A DNA stretch of 64,000 bases from assembly GCA_965644295.1 (NCBI GenBank), contig CBFFRP010000015.1, forward strand, positions 55,926 to 119,925, in the 5' to 3' direction. Below, one piece after another: positions 1-14,496 of this stretch. The DNA comes from Paraphysomonas bandaiensis. Lineage: Eukaryota; Protista; Chrysophyceae. The notes under the pieces were generated by a model, which searched no databases, had not been told where the DNA came from, and saw nothing but the letters and a program-made list of their open reading frames with translations. The position numbers and the translations under genes are program-made. How positions within the stretch are numbered: position 1 is the stretch's first letter; each line of letters starts with the position of its first letter.

Positions 1-348
1 GTGGAGTGTTAATATGTGACCAGGGAATCATGGTTTTCGTTCATGCCGATGAGGAAAATTCGCCTAGTGAAATTGAAGAGATACACAGTGGACAGTGGAG
101 GGATAATTTACCAAATGGATGGGGCGTTAGGGAATACTCAAATGGAGAGGTAAAACTTTCATACTTTCGATGCAGCGTAACTGGGTGAGATATAGGTATA
201 CAGAGGAGGCTTCAGAGATGGGATGAGAGAAGGGGGAGGAGAACTTAGAACGAGATCTGATGCCTCGGGCAACTGGATACTGGAGAGTGACTCGGATGTT
301 TTATTTCGAGGGATTTGGTCTCAAGACGAGTTTGTGACACCTTCATAA
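1..348 (+). CDS. 3' end of a MORN-repeat-like protein (5'-partial, intron ~149-196)
   Basis: Spliced reading gives HSGQWRDNLPNGWGVREYSNGE / YRGGFRDGMREGGGEL ... FRGIWSQDEF, matching the MORN consensus YxGxWxxGxxxGxG; TAA at 346-348. Confidence 0.65.
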
Positions 349-2043
349 CTCCTTCTGTCAGCTTTGTATATTTGCTGCCTATATTATAATATGTTACTAT
401 CTATATGCACGCCATTTTTATTTTCTAGCAGTTAGCTCACTGTTGTAGTTGTATCTTTTAGAGCACTGTCCATCTAAAGTAAATGAAAATTACGTAATAT
501 AATCTTACTTTGTTTACTGTTCGTAACAGTGAATGGTATCATGTGTGTAAAAGATCTGGTTTAAGTTAGGAAATTAAGTTATTTCGTATTATCAAGATGC
601 ATATCACGTAAGCTTATTGTTTCACAATGACAAAGTTTTAGTGCAAGCGAAGTATATAGTAGGCCATGGAATGCCATGGGTATATACTATATACGACTAG
701 AGGCTAGATGATCTGTTGGAGTTACGTAATGTGGTGAAGACTAACATCTAACATTACCGGGTTTCCAGAGGTACACCATTTAGTCAAGGTACACGAAGAC
801 CCATTAGTCTTGTAAAGCTACAACACAAGCAATACGGCTACGTCATAAAAGTCAAGTTAATAGAAGCGTTCAAACATCGTCTGTTCACCGGGAGCACCTC
901 AGAAAACAATGCATCACGAAGGTAAAGGGTGTATGTAAGTCATGTGCATTATTCCTGGTCAAATCAGAGAAAACACTTCAAGCAGAAAGCTTTATTCAAA
1001 GGTTACAGTAGATATTGCTGTGTGTCTAACAGGCTAACAGGGATATAAATACGTCGTGGTTCTTATTTCTTAGAGATATCGCCACAAAGGAACTGTGGGA
1101 AAATTAAAGTATACTTACACATTTACATTTCAATACAAAATCTATAACAACTACTATTGTCCAATATACACTTAACCCTCTCAATTCAGCTGAATGGGTG
1201 TGTAATATGAGCCACAGTTGTGTGTCTGCTAGGTATCTAAACTACGTACGGTCTATGTATCAAGAACAGGAACTCAGCACATCATTGAGCAAGACATGGC
1301 GCACTTTAATCTTAATTCTCTCATTCTTTTCCTTGATCCTGATTGACTATCGGCATGTTTGAGTATCCCTGAATTATTAAACAGTAATAGCATGGTCGGA
1401 GTCGATCATATCAGACTAACGGACCCACTCTATAGTGTCCATCATCATACTCATGACAATACCAAGTCTTGTAGTGGTAAATCCCTCATGGACAGTACCA
1501 GCATAACGTAACAGTTATCCCCTATATGGGATGATCGGAGAGGCCTCTGCTATGTATCCTCATGTTAACTACCATGTTCCCTTGATTTACTGGTATAGAT
1601 TCGAATATTTTAATGAGTAAGTTGATTAGTTCTTAAGATATCTTTGCATACCAGAGTTTCCTATAGCTACACTGCTGTATATAGTCAGGTTACAGAGAAA
1701 ATCAATACCATCACCAAGAAAATAAGGATTTCAAGATTTCCAGATCTACATTCCCTAGAATCTAGAAATAAATAAAAATCCCAATAACTTTACAATAACT
1801 CTACTTTTTTAGTTCCTAAAACACCGATTTTCAGATTATTTGTCTGTAGAAATTGTGATTATTTTTACCCTTCCAAATTGCAACCATAACGTAGTGAGTG
1901 ATTGGTTAGTGTTTCTTACGTATATTTCATACATAAGGAAATGCATTACACTCCATATAAAGTCCGGCCTGTCAAGCAGATTTACTTAACATCCTCTCAT
2001 TGCAAATATATTAAGTCTGATATATAACAACACGATTAAAGAT

Positions 2044-3079
2044 ATGTTCCGACTTACTACCACTGTAGTTAAGAGGCAGCCATATGGAACCGTTACGAGA
2101 TGTGCCTCTAATATGAAGTAAAGCATATCCACTTGTACATACATACATATCTTACATTACATACACTCACAGGTCATTTGAAATTTATCGCTGGAATCCA
2201 GATGAGCAAAAGAAACCTTCCACATCTACCTATCAAGTGAACTTGGATGAGTAAGTTATCATTGGGTTTGTATGTGCTGATGATGATGTCTGGTTGATAG
2301 GTGTGGTCCTATGGTACTTGATGCGCTCATTAAGATCAAGGGAGAACAAGATCCTACTTTGACATTTCGACGCTCATGTCGTGAAGGTATTATATTCTGT
2401 GATAATTTAATTGGTAAGTGACTTGTATCAGGCATTTGCGGGTCGTGTGCCATGAATATTGACGGGAAGAACACTCTGGCTTGCTTGTGTTACATCGATA
2501 AGAAGTCATCTTCTGCCGTCAAAATCAACCCATTACCACATATGTATGTCATTAAGGATCTTGTACCGGATATGACCAATTTCTACGACCAATACAAGTC
2601 CATCAAGCCGTGGCTCCAAACTAAGGTCGAGGGAAGCCATGATCTCGACCATGGTGAGTTTCTTCAGAGCAAAGTTGACCGCAAGAAACTTGATGGGATG
2701 TACGAGTGCATCCTTTGTGCGTGCTGCTCTACCTCCTGTCCCTCCTATTGGTGCGCCTCTTACTACTTACTGCCCAATCTATACTCATACCCCTTGTAGG
2801 TGGAACGCAGACACATACCTTGGCCCAGCAGTGCTGATGCAGGCCCTTCGATGGGTAGACGACTCGAGAGATGAGATGACAGCAGAACGACTTGCGGAGT
2901 TGGACGATGCGTTCAAGCTCTACCGCTGTCATACCATTATGAACTGCTCCAAAACCTGCCCGAAGGGACTCAACCCAGGCAAAGCGGTTGCTCAACTGAA
3001 AAAGAAGGTAATATCTGCCTACCATGCAGTTGGTCACTTCATTTTTAAATAATATGTACAGATTGCAGACAGCCATTAG
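2044..3079 (+). CDS. SDHB: Succinate dehydrogenase iron-sulfur subunit, mitochondrial (about 6 exons)
   Basis: Motifs [44 protein letters not shown] and [23 protein letters not shown]; Arg-rich N-terminal presequence [12 protein letters not shown]; GT-AG introns; last exon IADSH* ends at 3079. Confidence 0.97.
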
Positions 3080-4376
3080 AGTTCAGTCATGGGTATATTC
3101 TGGGATAGATATGTACTCTTCGACTATTTGATGAAATGTTATGAAAATAATATGCGTTGTTAGAACTCGTATAAGTTCGGTAATAACGGTGATTTCCCGA
3201 AATTAAAATGACAATACACATTGATACGAACGTAGAATATTGATAACTTGTTATATGGTCGTGTATTTATGAGTTATCATGTGTATTTGTTCGTTATATA
3301 CAGGGTAGTCTTTCGCTGACAGCAAGTTTACTTTGTAGCCACACAGCAAGTATAGAGGGCAGACTAACATATATACCCGAAGCACGCAGTTAAGCAATTC
3401 AAGCTGACTTGAACGGCTACTCTCGAGTATGTACTTTTTTAGAACCATACACTGTACTTCTGAGAGTGCAATACCAAAATAACTAATTGAAAATGTTCTG
3501 GGAGCACCAACGCACTCCGTGAAACACAGTTTTTTGCTTGAACATATCAATCGTAGCCACTAAATGCTGTGTATCAGGTATCAGACAGCACTGATCATCA
3601 AAATATATGTAAATATATTATCGGTCGCTTTTTCCGAAACTGATATTTGCTATTTGGATGGTATAAATTTAACATTAAACAACAGAACTTTAAACTAACC
3701 TAATACGCAACTAATTAAAATTCATATTTTATCATTCATTGTCGCTGTCTATGCTCATACCATTACTTACCACCAAGCAATAGAATATTGAATATTCCAT
3801 AGCCATGATCTTAATAAGTTATATAGTCATTATATTTCAGTTTCAATACCACAATGCTCTATTGTTGATTGGACAAGGTAACTCCTCATAGATCAGAAAG
3901 ATCTTGTCAGCTGAAGTAGACTAGAGTCGATTAGCACTATACATAATACATAGTTGGTGAGTACTGAGATTAATCAGGTTTATGTACAGTTAAGTGTTGA
4001 TGTGGTCCCACATCGGTGTAAACAGGACGTATTAAAGTCGCAGTTGTACTGAATGACTATTCATAACTAGTAAGTTATCTATAGATATATCGAAACTGGG
4101 AGTTTATGATCTCTAAACTGTTATCTATTGTATTTAAATTTTAGCTATTTTGTTGTTCATACGTTCTATACCGTCTTGTCTGCCTTGTATGAATGGTAAC
4201 TTTCACAACACGTGTTATGTATTTTCGCTTCTTTTATATAAACACAGCCAATAAAACTACATACCAGTTGGAAGCTATAATTTCGAAAATACACCAATTC
4301 AGTACCCTAATTTCGTATAAACATAATTTGCGTTAAAACATTTAAAATGAAAAGTAAACTCACACATGTAAAATAT

Positions 4377-7300
4377 CTAAGGCTCTCTATGCGAAGTAAT
4401 TGTATCTAATATATAGGCAAGATCATCTCGCTTAGAGATGTTTCGAAATCGTTCGTAAAACAAGGGACAGTCCAGCGATATGCAACAATCCTGTCCAATA
4501 AATGAGCCATTGGCTGACACTGCAGGCGATGGCGGTGATTCACTGTGCTGAGTGTGACCAGTACAAGAACTACATGCAGATTGCCACACAGATTCTCTAC
4601 GGTCTATCAATTGCAGGCGCGATAACAACACGTTGATCGGAAGAGACGGTGTCCCCGAGCAGGTATCACAGAGAGGTATCAATGAAGAGCCACTTTTTAC
4701 CTTTTTCACTTTCTTATTCATTTTCGAGTGTGGACAAACACGACACTCAGTCCCGCAGATAATACACGACTCGCTTACTATGAAGTCGGTGATTGAAGGC
4801 TGTGTTCTCTTGCTGTTTCCGCTTTCAGAAATAACTTGTTGAAAAAGAGATTGATGTCTCCACACCGCACTAGGCTTCGGCATGACACGGTACCAGGCCA
4901 TCACATCGACACCGCAAAAGTTCAAAACTCTATCTAGTGCGGGATTAATCTGCTTTGTAATGTAATAAAGATAGTTCAGTCTATACGTTGAGCCCCGATG
5001 TAAGAGTTCCTCAGGCGAGATGACAAGGTCTCGCAGCAGTGCATTAGGGGGACCAGCAATGACTACATAAGGTACTCTCCATCGGTAAGGCGGCTGCGCA
5101 CGTGGATCACGAGTCATCTTCTTGCACGCAACTACGGCCCCAGGGGGCAGTGACTTGAATTCCTCCGAACCACTTTTAGAATACTTTCCCAGACGAACCT
5201 CTTTGCGAAAAATAAAGTCACTGAGAGGAAGTAATTTACTTCCCTCGTGTATTTTTCTCCATTGATCGCACAGGTAATCCCTTACGGCTGTCAGATCTTT
5301 TGTGTCAAATAGAATTCGGAGGGCTTTTTCTTGTATTTTCACAGTTGCCGGGCACTGGTCTCTGCGGACAACCTCGATGCCCTTGGCATCGAAATGAGGG
5401 CACGCAGTAGAGATACTTTCATATGCCAATCCAGCATATCTCTTCTTGCTGGCCAGGACGCATGATGAGTAAACCTTTTCCATTTTAAGAACGACTCCTT
5501 TTGGAGATAAGCGTGATATTTCTTGAGCAATATCATCGCCTATTGAAAAAGCTTCATCACGTGATCTGCCTCTGAGTCGGACAAAAACGGAGTCTGTATC
5601 TCCATACATCACCTCCGCATCCCACTTCGGATGTCTGTTAATATGTGATATCGTCCACTCCAAGGTGCTCCTGCCACACTGTACAATGGCATCTGCTAAT
5701 TCCGCCATTGGCATTCGACCTGAAAACACACATCACACAGAATAAAAGAGCATCACTTAAGAATGTACCGCTAAATCCAGCTGCAGTATAGCCATATGTA
5801 ACATTTGCAATCATTTTTAATGCCAACTGGCGGGCATCCAGTACACGCCGTAAAACACTATCATCTTCACTAGTATATACCTTCATTGATCGCTTCACCA
5901 TAAGCCGAGTATCAAGGATTTCCTGTAACATTAACGGTAAAATTCCCCGTCTGACTTCTGGAGAACAAAAAACGGACCCATTCGGTGCAACGTATGGTAG
6001 CTGTTTTCCCTCCCCCTTCTGAAAAACAGAAAAGACATTTCTGGCTGAATATTCCTCAGGATAATTGCACACCCCAAGGTGTTCAGTTGTATCAATGTAC
6101 TGCTCAGATCCGGCTTTCAGCTTTCCAAGGATGGTGGAGAAACATAGATTATAAGCAATAACCATAGAAGGGTAGAGAGATTGGAAGTCAAGCACTACTA
6201 CAGGATCTGTGTAGAAGTCACTCCTAGGTTCCATAACAAGTGGAATAACTGCCATTGCTGCTTGTGATGCAACAGCTTTTTTCGAAGGGCTTATGGCAAT
6301 ATACCCCAGCTCATGAGCAACTCGCAACATAACTGCTTCCACCCTATACTGCGAACCTCTTGTGATCGCGGAAAAAAAATCAATTCCATATAGCCGAGCC
6401 GACTCAGAAGTTCGCCTCACAATATCTAGCTTGTCCATAAGCTGGAGACAGATATCCACATGTCTGACGCATATATGACCACAGAAATGCAACTTAGATA
6501 ATCATACCGGTATATATACCGCACTACACGACCCACAGAAGAAGCGCTTCTGAACCACCGTGCAAGTTGCTGCCCCGAATATTCAGGAAATGTGGCTCCA
6601 AGAACATGTCGACTAACACTGCTAATGGTGTAGCTGGTCTGCTTCAACTCCGCCCGCATACGCCTCCAAAGGTTAATAATAGTACGTCCCGTTATCCAAA
6701 TACCCGACTCGTGTTCCTCGCCGTATTTATCATTCTCATTTTTTGCGGATGGCTTCTCGTTCGGAATCCTGCCGAGTTGCTGCATAAAGGTGAACAAGTG
6801 TTTGAATAGCCAGAAAAGTACCTGAAGTAGAGGGATACCGAGGGTAGCTGCTCGCTCAATAAGGTATCCCCAGGATGCCTTTTGTACTTCGTAGCCCACA
6901 AGAAAGTCAGGGTCTTCATTCCGGACAAGTTGCACGAACTTTTCAAATAGTTCAACTTCATCTGTCACCGGGATCATAAAAGCATGACTTGGCAACCCAC
7001 TGCCTTGCATTGAAGTGTTGTTGCACGCCAGGTTTCCCGCATGTGACGAGTGCTGCATATCCACAGGCGAATTAATATACAATATGCCGCACTTCTTCAT
7101 TTCTTCGGAAGTTGCAGACATTGTAACAGTGCCAACTAAGCTCCAGGCAACGAGACAAACCTTATCATATTTCGGATTACTGATGTTTCGGTCTCTACTC
7201 ATTGCATACACTTCCATCGCCATTGTGATCACTCCACCTTGAAAAGTAGGGCTGAGTTCACTTCCAGCTGAGTTATTATCTGATATCGTAGGTACTGTTT

Positions 7301-9764
7301 CTGATTTGGATGCCATTGAAGTAGCTGCAACATTCATACCCAACCGATGTAAAGGCACCTTTTGCGTCTGGGTTGGTGTAAATATCTGTGATGCTAGTTT
7401 TCGACGAGGCTTTCTAGATGGCTGAAACTTGGTAGGGGTTGTCTGCGACTGAAAACTACTACCACTGGAAAAACTTAAGTTCGATTCATAGGCGTGACGT
7501 TTCCTCCCAGAGTTGGTCAACAGGAAATACTTTTTGGGTGAGGGCGGAGAAAAAGTTGGAATGAGTAGTCGCTTCATTGGTACAACATATCGAGGATTGC
7601 CCTCAAGGTTAAATGATGTCAAAATCGCACTCAAAGTGTCAGATTCTGCCCAAGGAGGCACTTGCTCATCCACATGTGAGATTTGGCACCGTTTCCCTTT
7701 GATATCATAGTCAACCAAATTACATTGATTTAAGCATTTCTGTGACTTACTATAGTTCCATCCCTTCGTTGAAGGAGGACCCACTGCAGGCTTAAGAATA
7801 AGTGTACCACCAGAAAACTCAACCGCAGGTTGCAGTATGGGCGTCCCAGTTGAACTGTATCCTTTTGATGAGTCCGCACTCCAAGGAGAACGCTGTGATA
7901 AAGTAGAATATCGACGGGGTCGAAGAGGCGTTGAAAACTTCCCACTCTTACTACCATTGGCATCACGGCATCCTTCAGGTAAATCACCACCTCGGCGATG
8001 TCCTCGCCTACCCCTGGATCCCGGTACTGAAGAATCGAATGCATCTGACAGTACCCCATTATTCCTCGGGGTCAAGGCTTTAGTCGAATGCAAAGTTGGA
8101 TTTTCTATCTCTGGTACACTGTCCTTGTGCAGTAGGGTGTTCGTGAGCAGAATATCACCGGCGTCTTCCATGGATTGTGTCAGTTGCTCCTCCCAAGCAC
8201 CCTCATCTCCATCATCATCTCCACTGCCAGGGTCCTCCTCACAAACAGCGCGCGCTTCCTGACATAGAGGGTTCGGGGAGGCCTGAGTCAACTGGGTTGG
8301 GTTAGCGAGAATCGCCTGAGAGAGCTCTTCATTCCGCAACCGTTCTCGCACACTCGCATCCAGACGTGAGGAAACCCACTTCCCCACAGAATCAGGACGA
8401 TTATCGTCAACAGAGACACCTTCAGTCTCAGCGCGGTTCATGGCTTCCCCTTTCCGCAGTAATGAAAGAAGTCTTTCCTTAAACTCCGCTTCACTTGGCC
8501 CAGGAAGTCGTGGAGTTATCAGCGAGTAATTATCCGAGTCAGGTGCCCCTAAGGCCTCCTCCACCCCTCGCTCTCTCCTTCTTCTACGCTCCTCCTTCCA
8601 TATGTCTTCTAGGCTCCTCACAAAACACAACCCACTACCACCTCCCAAGGTAGCCGGAGATTTATTTCTTATACCGTCAGAGTTAACATCAAGCTCAACA
8701 AAACATGTACTAGTTTTAATTAGACATGGTGGACCTGATGGACGAATTGAATCTTGTGACCACACGAGGTCAGCAGCTGAAAGTCCATCCAACACAGGGT
8801 GCAGAGGATGGAGGGTACCCTGCTGCAAACACTTAGTAAAATATACAATGTCACTAACGAGATGCCAAACCTCTCCACCATCTTGTCGCTGACGACCTCC
8901 TGTTACCTTCAGCCAGTCCATACCACGAATTTCATGATCTTGAAAAAACTGTAACAAATATGGAACATGACTTTCATATGACTGCATCTCCTTTCCTAGC
9001 ACAGCACCGCTCTGTGAAGAAAACACTCAGAACATAAAATTCAATTTGCACTTACTAACCTCCAGTGCTGCTGCTAGGGCGGGTATGTCTTCTGGGTTAT
9101 ACAAAAATGCCTGAACGAATACTTGACGGCTTTCATGGTAACCGTACATAGGAATCTTTTCACAGGCACATAACTAAGAAAACAAAGCTGTTTAGACACC
9201 ACAAAACATGTAATTGTTTACCTTGTGAACAGATTTCATTGACCTGTGGCGACTCTTACGATAGCGAAACGATTCAATTACAGCATCAAGAGTATCCTCC
9301 AAACATGAAATCAAACTGTAACCATATATAAGATATGCAGAGTATTATCCCTCTATACATATACGATACACACACAGCATAACTCTACTATGCATTACAC
9401 ACATACATCAATAGGTGTATAGCCCAATCCATACATACACCATACATACACACAGCATGCCACCTCTCCACTTGTTGTATTGAAGAAAAAAATGTATCCA
9501 TTGTTTCTTTTGGTCTAAAATAAAGATACGGATACACCTGATGGGATATTAATGTATAGAGCTGTGTGTATATGGACTTACATGATGCACATGGACACAC
9601 GCGCTGGATCCCTCTGCAGTCGGACCATACACACGTATTACAGGTACATATTGTTTATTAGTAGGATCAAACCATTGATAATGATCGACATTAACGACTT
9701 GTATTGATAGTGTGTCGATAGGTGGATTATGAGACATGAGGGTTAGTGGAGGCTTAATAGTCAT
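4377..9764 (-). CDS. REV3: DNA polymerase zeta catalytic subunit (multi-exon)
   Basis: B-family motifs VLDFQSLYPS, ARQLALKMIANVTYGYT and YGDTDS; REV3-typical YESHVPYLLQFF, RGSQYRVEAVMLR, SGRMPMAELADAIVQ and ERVPYV-like WRVPYVV; C-terminal CysA (CIIC...CDTC) and CysB (CSSC...CISLDCP). Confidence 0.96.
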
Positions 9765-9785
9765 ATGAAGATAGATATGAAGAGC

Positions 9786-9818
9786 ATATGTATATGTATG
9801 TATGTATGTATGTATGTA
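9786..9818. repeat. Short (TATG)n microsatellite in the REV3 / unknown-gene divergent spacer
   Basis: Direct reading: catatgtatatgtatgtatgtatgtatgtatgta. Confidence 0.9.
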
Positions 9819-10100
9819 GAGCAGTACAATAGGAAGTCGAGACGTACATTATATAGACTATATTATTGTGTTGTATGTACTGCTATACTTTATGAAAATC
9901 GATTGTAGTACTTCTACAAAGTGTATAGGTACACTCGAGATGTACTATACGGTTAGGACATCTGGCTGTATATATGCATATGCATACTAGGCATCGATTC
10001 GTTTCATAGCTACTACTTAACACACACCACAACAATACCTCCATACACTCTATAACCCCCATATCAACTGGATATCTTTCTTCCCCTTATAAATCGTATC

Positions 10101-11848
10101 ATGTTTGATGCTGAAACAGGTGAAGAAATTACTTTTACTAAAGCTAAATGGAATGGAAGAGAGGGTCGTGTGAACTTAGATTATAGAGGCATATTACTGC
10201 AAGGCACAGGGGCTTTAGCTATTAAAGAGTCAGATAGGAAAGCTATGACATCCCTGTCTACTTCATTGAAGAGTAATGAAGAGAATCTTCCAGCAGTACC
10301 GACAGTGTCTACACAGTCAGCTGTGAGATCTCCTCGATCGCCAATAGGCCGTGTGTTACACTCTCCGGAAGGAAGAAGTCAACAGACTACTCCACAATCA
10401 ACACGGAGTCGTCCAGCAACACCACCTGATATTGCTACTTCCAATCCTCTTGTGCAGAAGTTTCTCAATGATGGACCGCTTAACCCTATGTTCCACACAC
10501 GTTGGAATCCGAAAACCGGTATATATTTATGTGATCATAAAATATGTGTCTGAAAAGAAATTCATACTGGACAGGTAAAATTGATCCGTTGCCTGTTAAG
10601 GAAAAAAAACGAACCAGGCCCCGGCGTCGGAAGGCACCTGCTGCTATTAATACTGATTTTGATGATGATGACGATGAAAGCAATCATAGGAGTTTGGACC
10701 CGAACGACTTTTTAAATCAAAAAACTTCTATTGCTAATATCGTTGACATGGCGTTATTGAGACGATCTCAGTCTATAGGAATGAATGGTGAGAATAATGG
10801 TACCCCAACAACAGAGTCAATACGAGACAGACGTAAGAGTGTTAGAGGTGGAATCACTCCATCACAGCGAAGTCGGCAACCCAGTGTGGCAGCTAGTCGA
10901 CGTAGCAGCAATCGTGATACCGTAGCGAGTGATTTATCAACCTCAGAATTTGATTCTAGTGATAGTGCGAATGCTACAGATGCAGATAGACAAAGGATGC
11001 TGGAGGAGAATATTTTCAATCAATTGTTTGCGATGGCAAATGAAGCGGACAATATACGTAACCCGAAACCCTACAAGGTCTTTTATGTGCCTCAATGTGT
11101 AACCGATGTCATAATATAGCCATGTGACTTCATATAATCTTCCTTATACCCTATATTACTACATAAACTCGTTTTCAAGTTCTCTGTACTCTCGACTTCT
11201 CCTTTGCATAATACCTCCTGTGCTCCATTTTCTCATTACATTTTTATTGTAGCCGACAGGCTGGACGAGGGCTGAAAAAGAGAGGCACAAGATAACTGAG
11301 GAAGACAGGAAAATGGAGCTCATTCGCATATGCGAAGAGGCCGCGTAAGTATTTGTGGTAACTGTGTATGGGGCTTCATTTACTTCGAACTATGAAATGA
11401 CAATGCTCTATTTCTTACACTTATAGACAATAGTTTACAGTTATGTGTACGTCTCAGTATATTTGTTGTATAGGGCATTGAAGGCTAAGATATCGCGGGA
11501 ATTAAAACAAGCTATAGCTGATGAAGAAGCCCGAGAGAAGAAGCGTTCGGTAAGGAGTACTATATTAAACGCTACTGATACATTTACAGCATTGGCTATT
11601 GCGGTTTTTTAATTTCTGTCCACCGAATCGTAGGCGGTAGAGGCAGAAATGAAAAATCCCCGTTCAAAATACAATCGCGAGGTTATCAAGAAGCACAATG
11701 AAGAGCGTGAAAGGGCACGAATTTATATTAGATCACTTCAGTATGATAACGAGGTATAGTACTGCTCCGGTTTCACTTTCACGTATGCTGATTTCTTCCG
11801 CAGGTACTATTCATTTCTAAAATGAAGAGGGTTGGGTTGATATGGTAG
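10101..11848 (+). CDS. Hypothetical protein (Ser/Arg-rich disordered middle, charged coiled-coil C-terminus; about 7 exons)
   Basis: ORFs 10101-10553 and 10544-11119 join through a GT-AG intron; short downstream exons with GT-AG borders end in ...YDNE/VLFISKMKRVGLIW* (TAG 11846-11848). No family recognised. Confidence 0.7.
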
Positions 11849-12108
11849 TTGTATGTGTGCAGTATATTTTTTGTATCATTGTATAATGCCCAGTTACTGT
11901 CGCATAGAATATGTGACAGTTGTGTTGATAGTACTATATTAATTGTAATAATAGCTACCGTAGTACAAATATCTTTGCCTTGTTTAGATTTTTGTACTAT
12001 ATTCTATATTAGCGTTGAGATCAGGGCCGGGAAACAATATGTTGTACATTGTACAATATATTCTACAATGTTATTGTTGGACTGGTTAGGAAAGTATTTC
12101 AATAATAT

Positions 12109-12178
12109 CGGACTAGGTAATGGAGGATTGTGTCAGCAATCAGAATGTTGAGATGGCCACAGTTACTGCCCAGGTATA
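12109..12178 (+). repeat. Inverted 70-bp duplicate of a proteasome alpha5 exon (source 12905-12974)
   Basis: 69/70 identity to the reverse complement of 12905-12974, including the acceptor (ctag) and donor (gtata). Confidence 0.92.
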
Positions 12179-12797
12179 ATATGTTTTTATGATTGCGTAT
12201 ATTTCATTATTTATGACTACAACAGCCAAATATTCAAGGACATAGCTTATAGCTTGTCAGTGTTGAATTTTGCTTAAAGTTGAGCAATCAAAGAACACAG
12301 TAGTTTACGGATTTGGATTATTACCCTTAATGATGAATACAGCAATATTAGAAACCAGAATTTATTGCCTATAACATTGCTGTATATTATATATAGTTCT
12401 CTAGTCTCTAGCCCCGTTATGTAGTACATTAGATAAATTAAAATATAGTATTATAGAAGATTGTGACTGTCTAAGATTGGCTATACTGAAGATATTAAAT
12501 GATTAGAAATTAATATCGTTAATATTGTTACTGAATACTGAACTGGTGTTAAAGAGCGCAAGGGACGAAATGTCAATTACTGGTAGTCAGTAATTTTGGT
12601 TGCTAGTATAAAATTTTCGATATATGGAAAAGAAAGCAAAGAAGTAGCAATTAATTCCTCGCCGCGAGCAGCTAGAAAGTACAAGATAATATTCGTAGCA
12701 TGATATACTCTTAAGTACATGATTAGCCACAACGATTGGTCTACTAAATCACATATTCGTTTCTCACCGATTGCCCTATGCAAGTATTATATCTGTA

Positions 12798-13852
12798 TTA
12801 CTGTATTCTTCGTATGATAACATCCAACTCATCAGCAGTGCACATATGATAACCCTGACACACATTATTAGAATATCGCGCTAAAATGCATAAGGCCAGT
12901 TGTGTATACCTGGGCAGTAACTGTGGCCATCTCAACATTCTGATTGCTGACACGATCCTCCATTACCTAGTCCGTCACATAGGAGTTATCACAATTCGGA
13001 TAACATAGATGGGATCATCTCATTCGCTTTGAAAAACAAATACCACACCACCACCACATACCTGTTTCAGAATTTCCAGAGCAAGGTCCTCTGCGTCCTG
13101 AAGAGTCATGTCGTTGCGATATTTCTCCTGTAGAGTGCTCTGAGCACCCTCTGACCCCGCACCTATGGCTTTAGCCTTAAAGAGAAGGTAGGTTCCAGAT
13201 GGGTCGGAGAAGTACAGCTGTGGGCCATTCTCATCGTGACCTGCCATCAAGAGCGCCACACCGAAGGGGCGTGACATTTTGTTCTTCTTCTTTTTTTCGT
13301 CTTGCCCTTCGCCGAACCCAAGAGCCAAGTCACAAACTGATTGAGTGAGAGCTTCGACACCAATAGCCTTCGTGCAATAGTTACAAAATTAACAATATGA
13401 GTTTAGCTACAATCAATGCGCAATCAAACTTTCTACACCGCACTAAATTTGCAGAGTATATAGTCATACAAAGTTACAAAACCCTTACCTCATCGTATGT
13501 AAATCGGTGGTTCTGAGCTTCAATTCTTGCATGGTCGATAAGAGTTCTTGCGTCTAATAGATAGTTATATAATAGCAATGACAGTGAGAGTAGTGTAGTC
13601 ACCTCCTATCAGTCCCGACACAGCCGCTCCAATATGCGTATCCACTTCAAGAATTTTTTCCACTGATGATGGTTCAAGTAAAGTAGAAGTAAGACGTTTT
13701 TCCACTGCTAAAACCACCCCTTGATTAGTTTTAATGCCCACAGCTGTGGAGCCGAGCTTAACGGCCTCTATTGCATACTCTACTTGGAATAATCTGCCCT
13801 CAGGAGAGAACGTATTGACTCCTCTATCGTATTCACTTCTTGTTAGATACAT
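12798..13852 (-). CDS. PSMA5: 20S proteasome subunit alpha type 5 (5 exons)
   Basis: [40 protein letters not shown] and [10 protein letters not shown]; last exons [19 protein letters not shown] / [18 protein letters not shown]. Confidence 0.97.
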
Positions 13853-14496
13853 GATGTTGTGTGGTGCGAATAGTATGGGTATAGACTTCTCTGGTATGGT
13901 AATTGTGAGATGTGTGTATGCATAGCGTGCATTGGTATGTATATGTATATGTATATGTATAGAGACGGAGGATGTCAGAGTGTATGAAGTGGTACAGGAT
14001 GGTATTACAAGAACGGTATTCTTTGTATTCTATATATGTAGTACAGTACACAGTTCGGAGGGCTGTTTTTGACCCCTTTTTGTCAAAATTACAAAGAAAA
14101 ATAATTACAATAATTAAAATATTTAAATTCTTGGCTATAAATAACTCCACAGATTGGTTTATTTCAATTATTACAACCATCAGAATACATCAGAATACTC
14201 ATACCCCATACAATTTCCCTTAACTATGAAATATTCGTAGCTCTGTATCTGATGTATGATCTCATACAGTAGTATATATATATGTATATGCTTACAGTTA
14301 ATCATATCGAGTCGCCAATATACATACCCCTTAATACAACCCTCACTATATATACTCCTAGTATAGGTGTAAGAGGTATCTAAACACATCATTGTGACAC
14401 AGAATAATTCCATCATATAATCCTGCGTCTCAATAAACCTCATAAGAGATTATTGTTACATTATATCTGTATTTATCCATATAGTTCTGTTTATAT

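Noticed and set aside
700-1620. Patchy coding-like sequence upstream of SDHB (similar patches at 3250-3560 and 22740-22960)
   Set aside because: Frequent stops and no recognisable motif; it may be TE debris but cannot be supported.
7837-8262. Antisense ORFs overlapping REV3 (and similar ones opposite VPS50, the GYF gene, BK and TFIIA)
   Set aside because: Shadow ORFs of GC-richer coding exons with no independent motifs.
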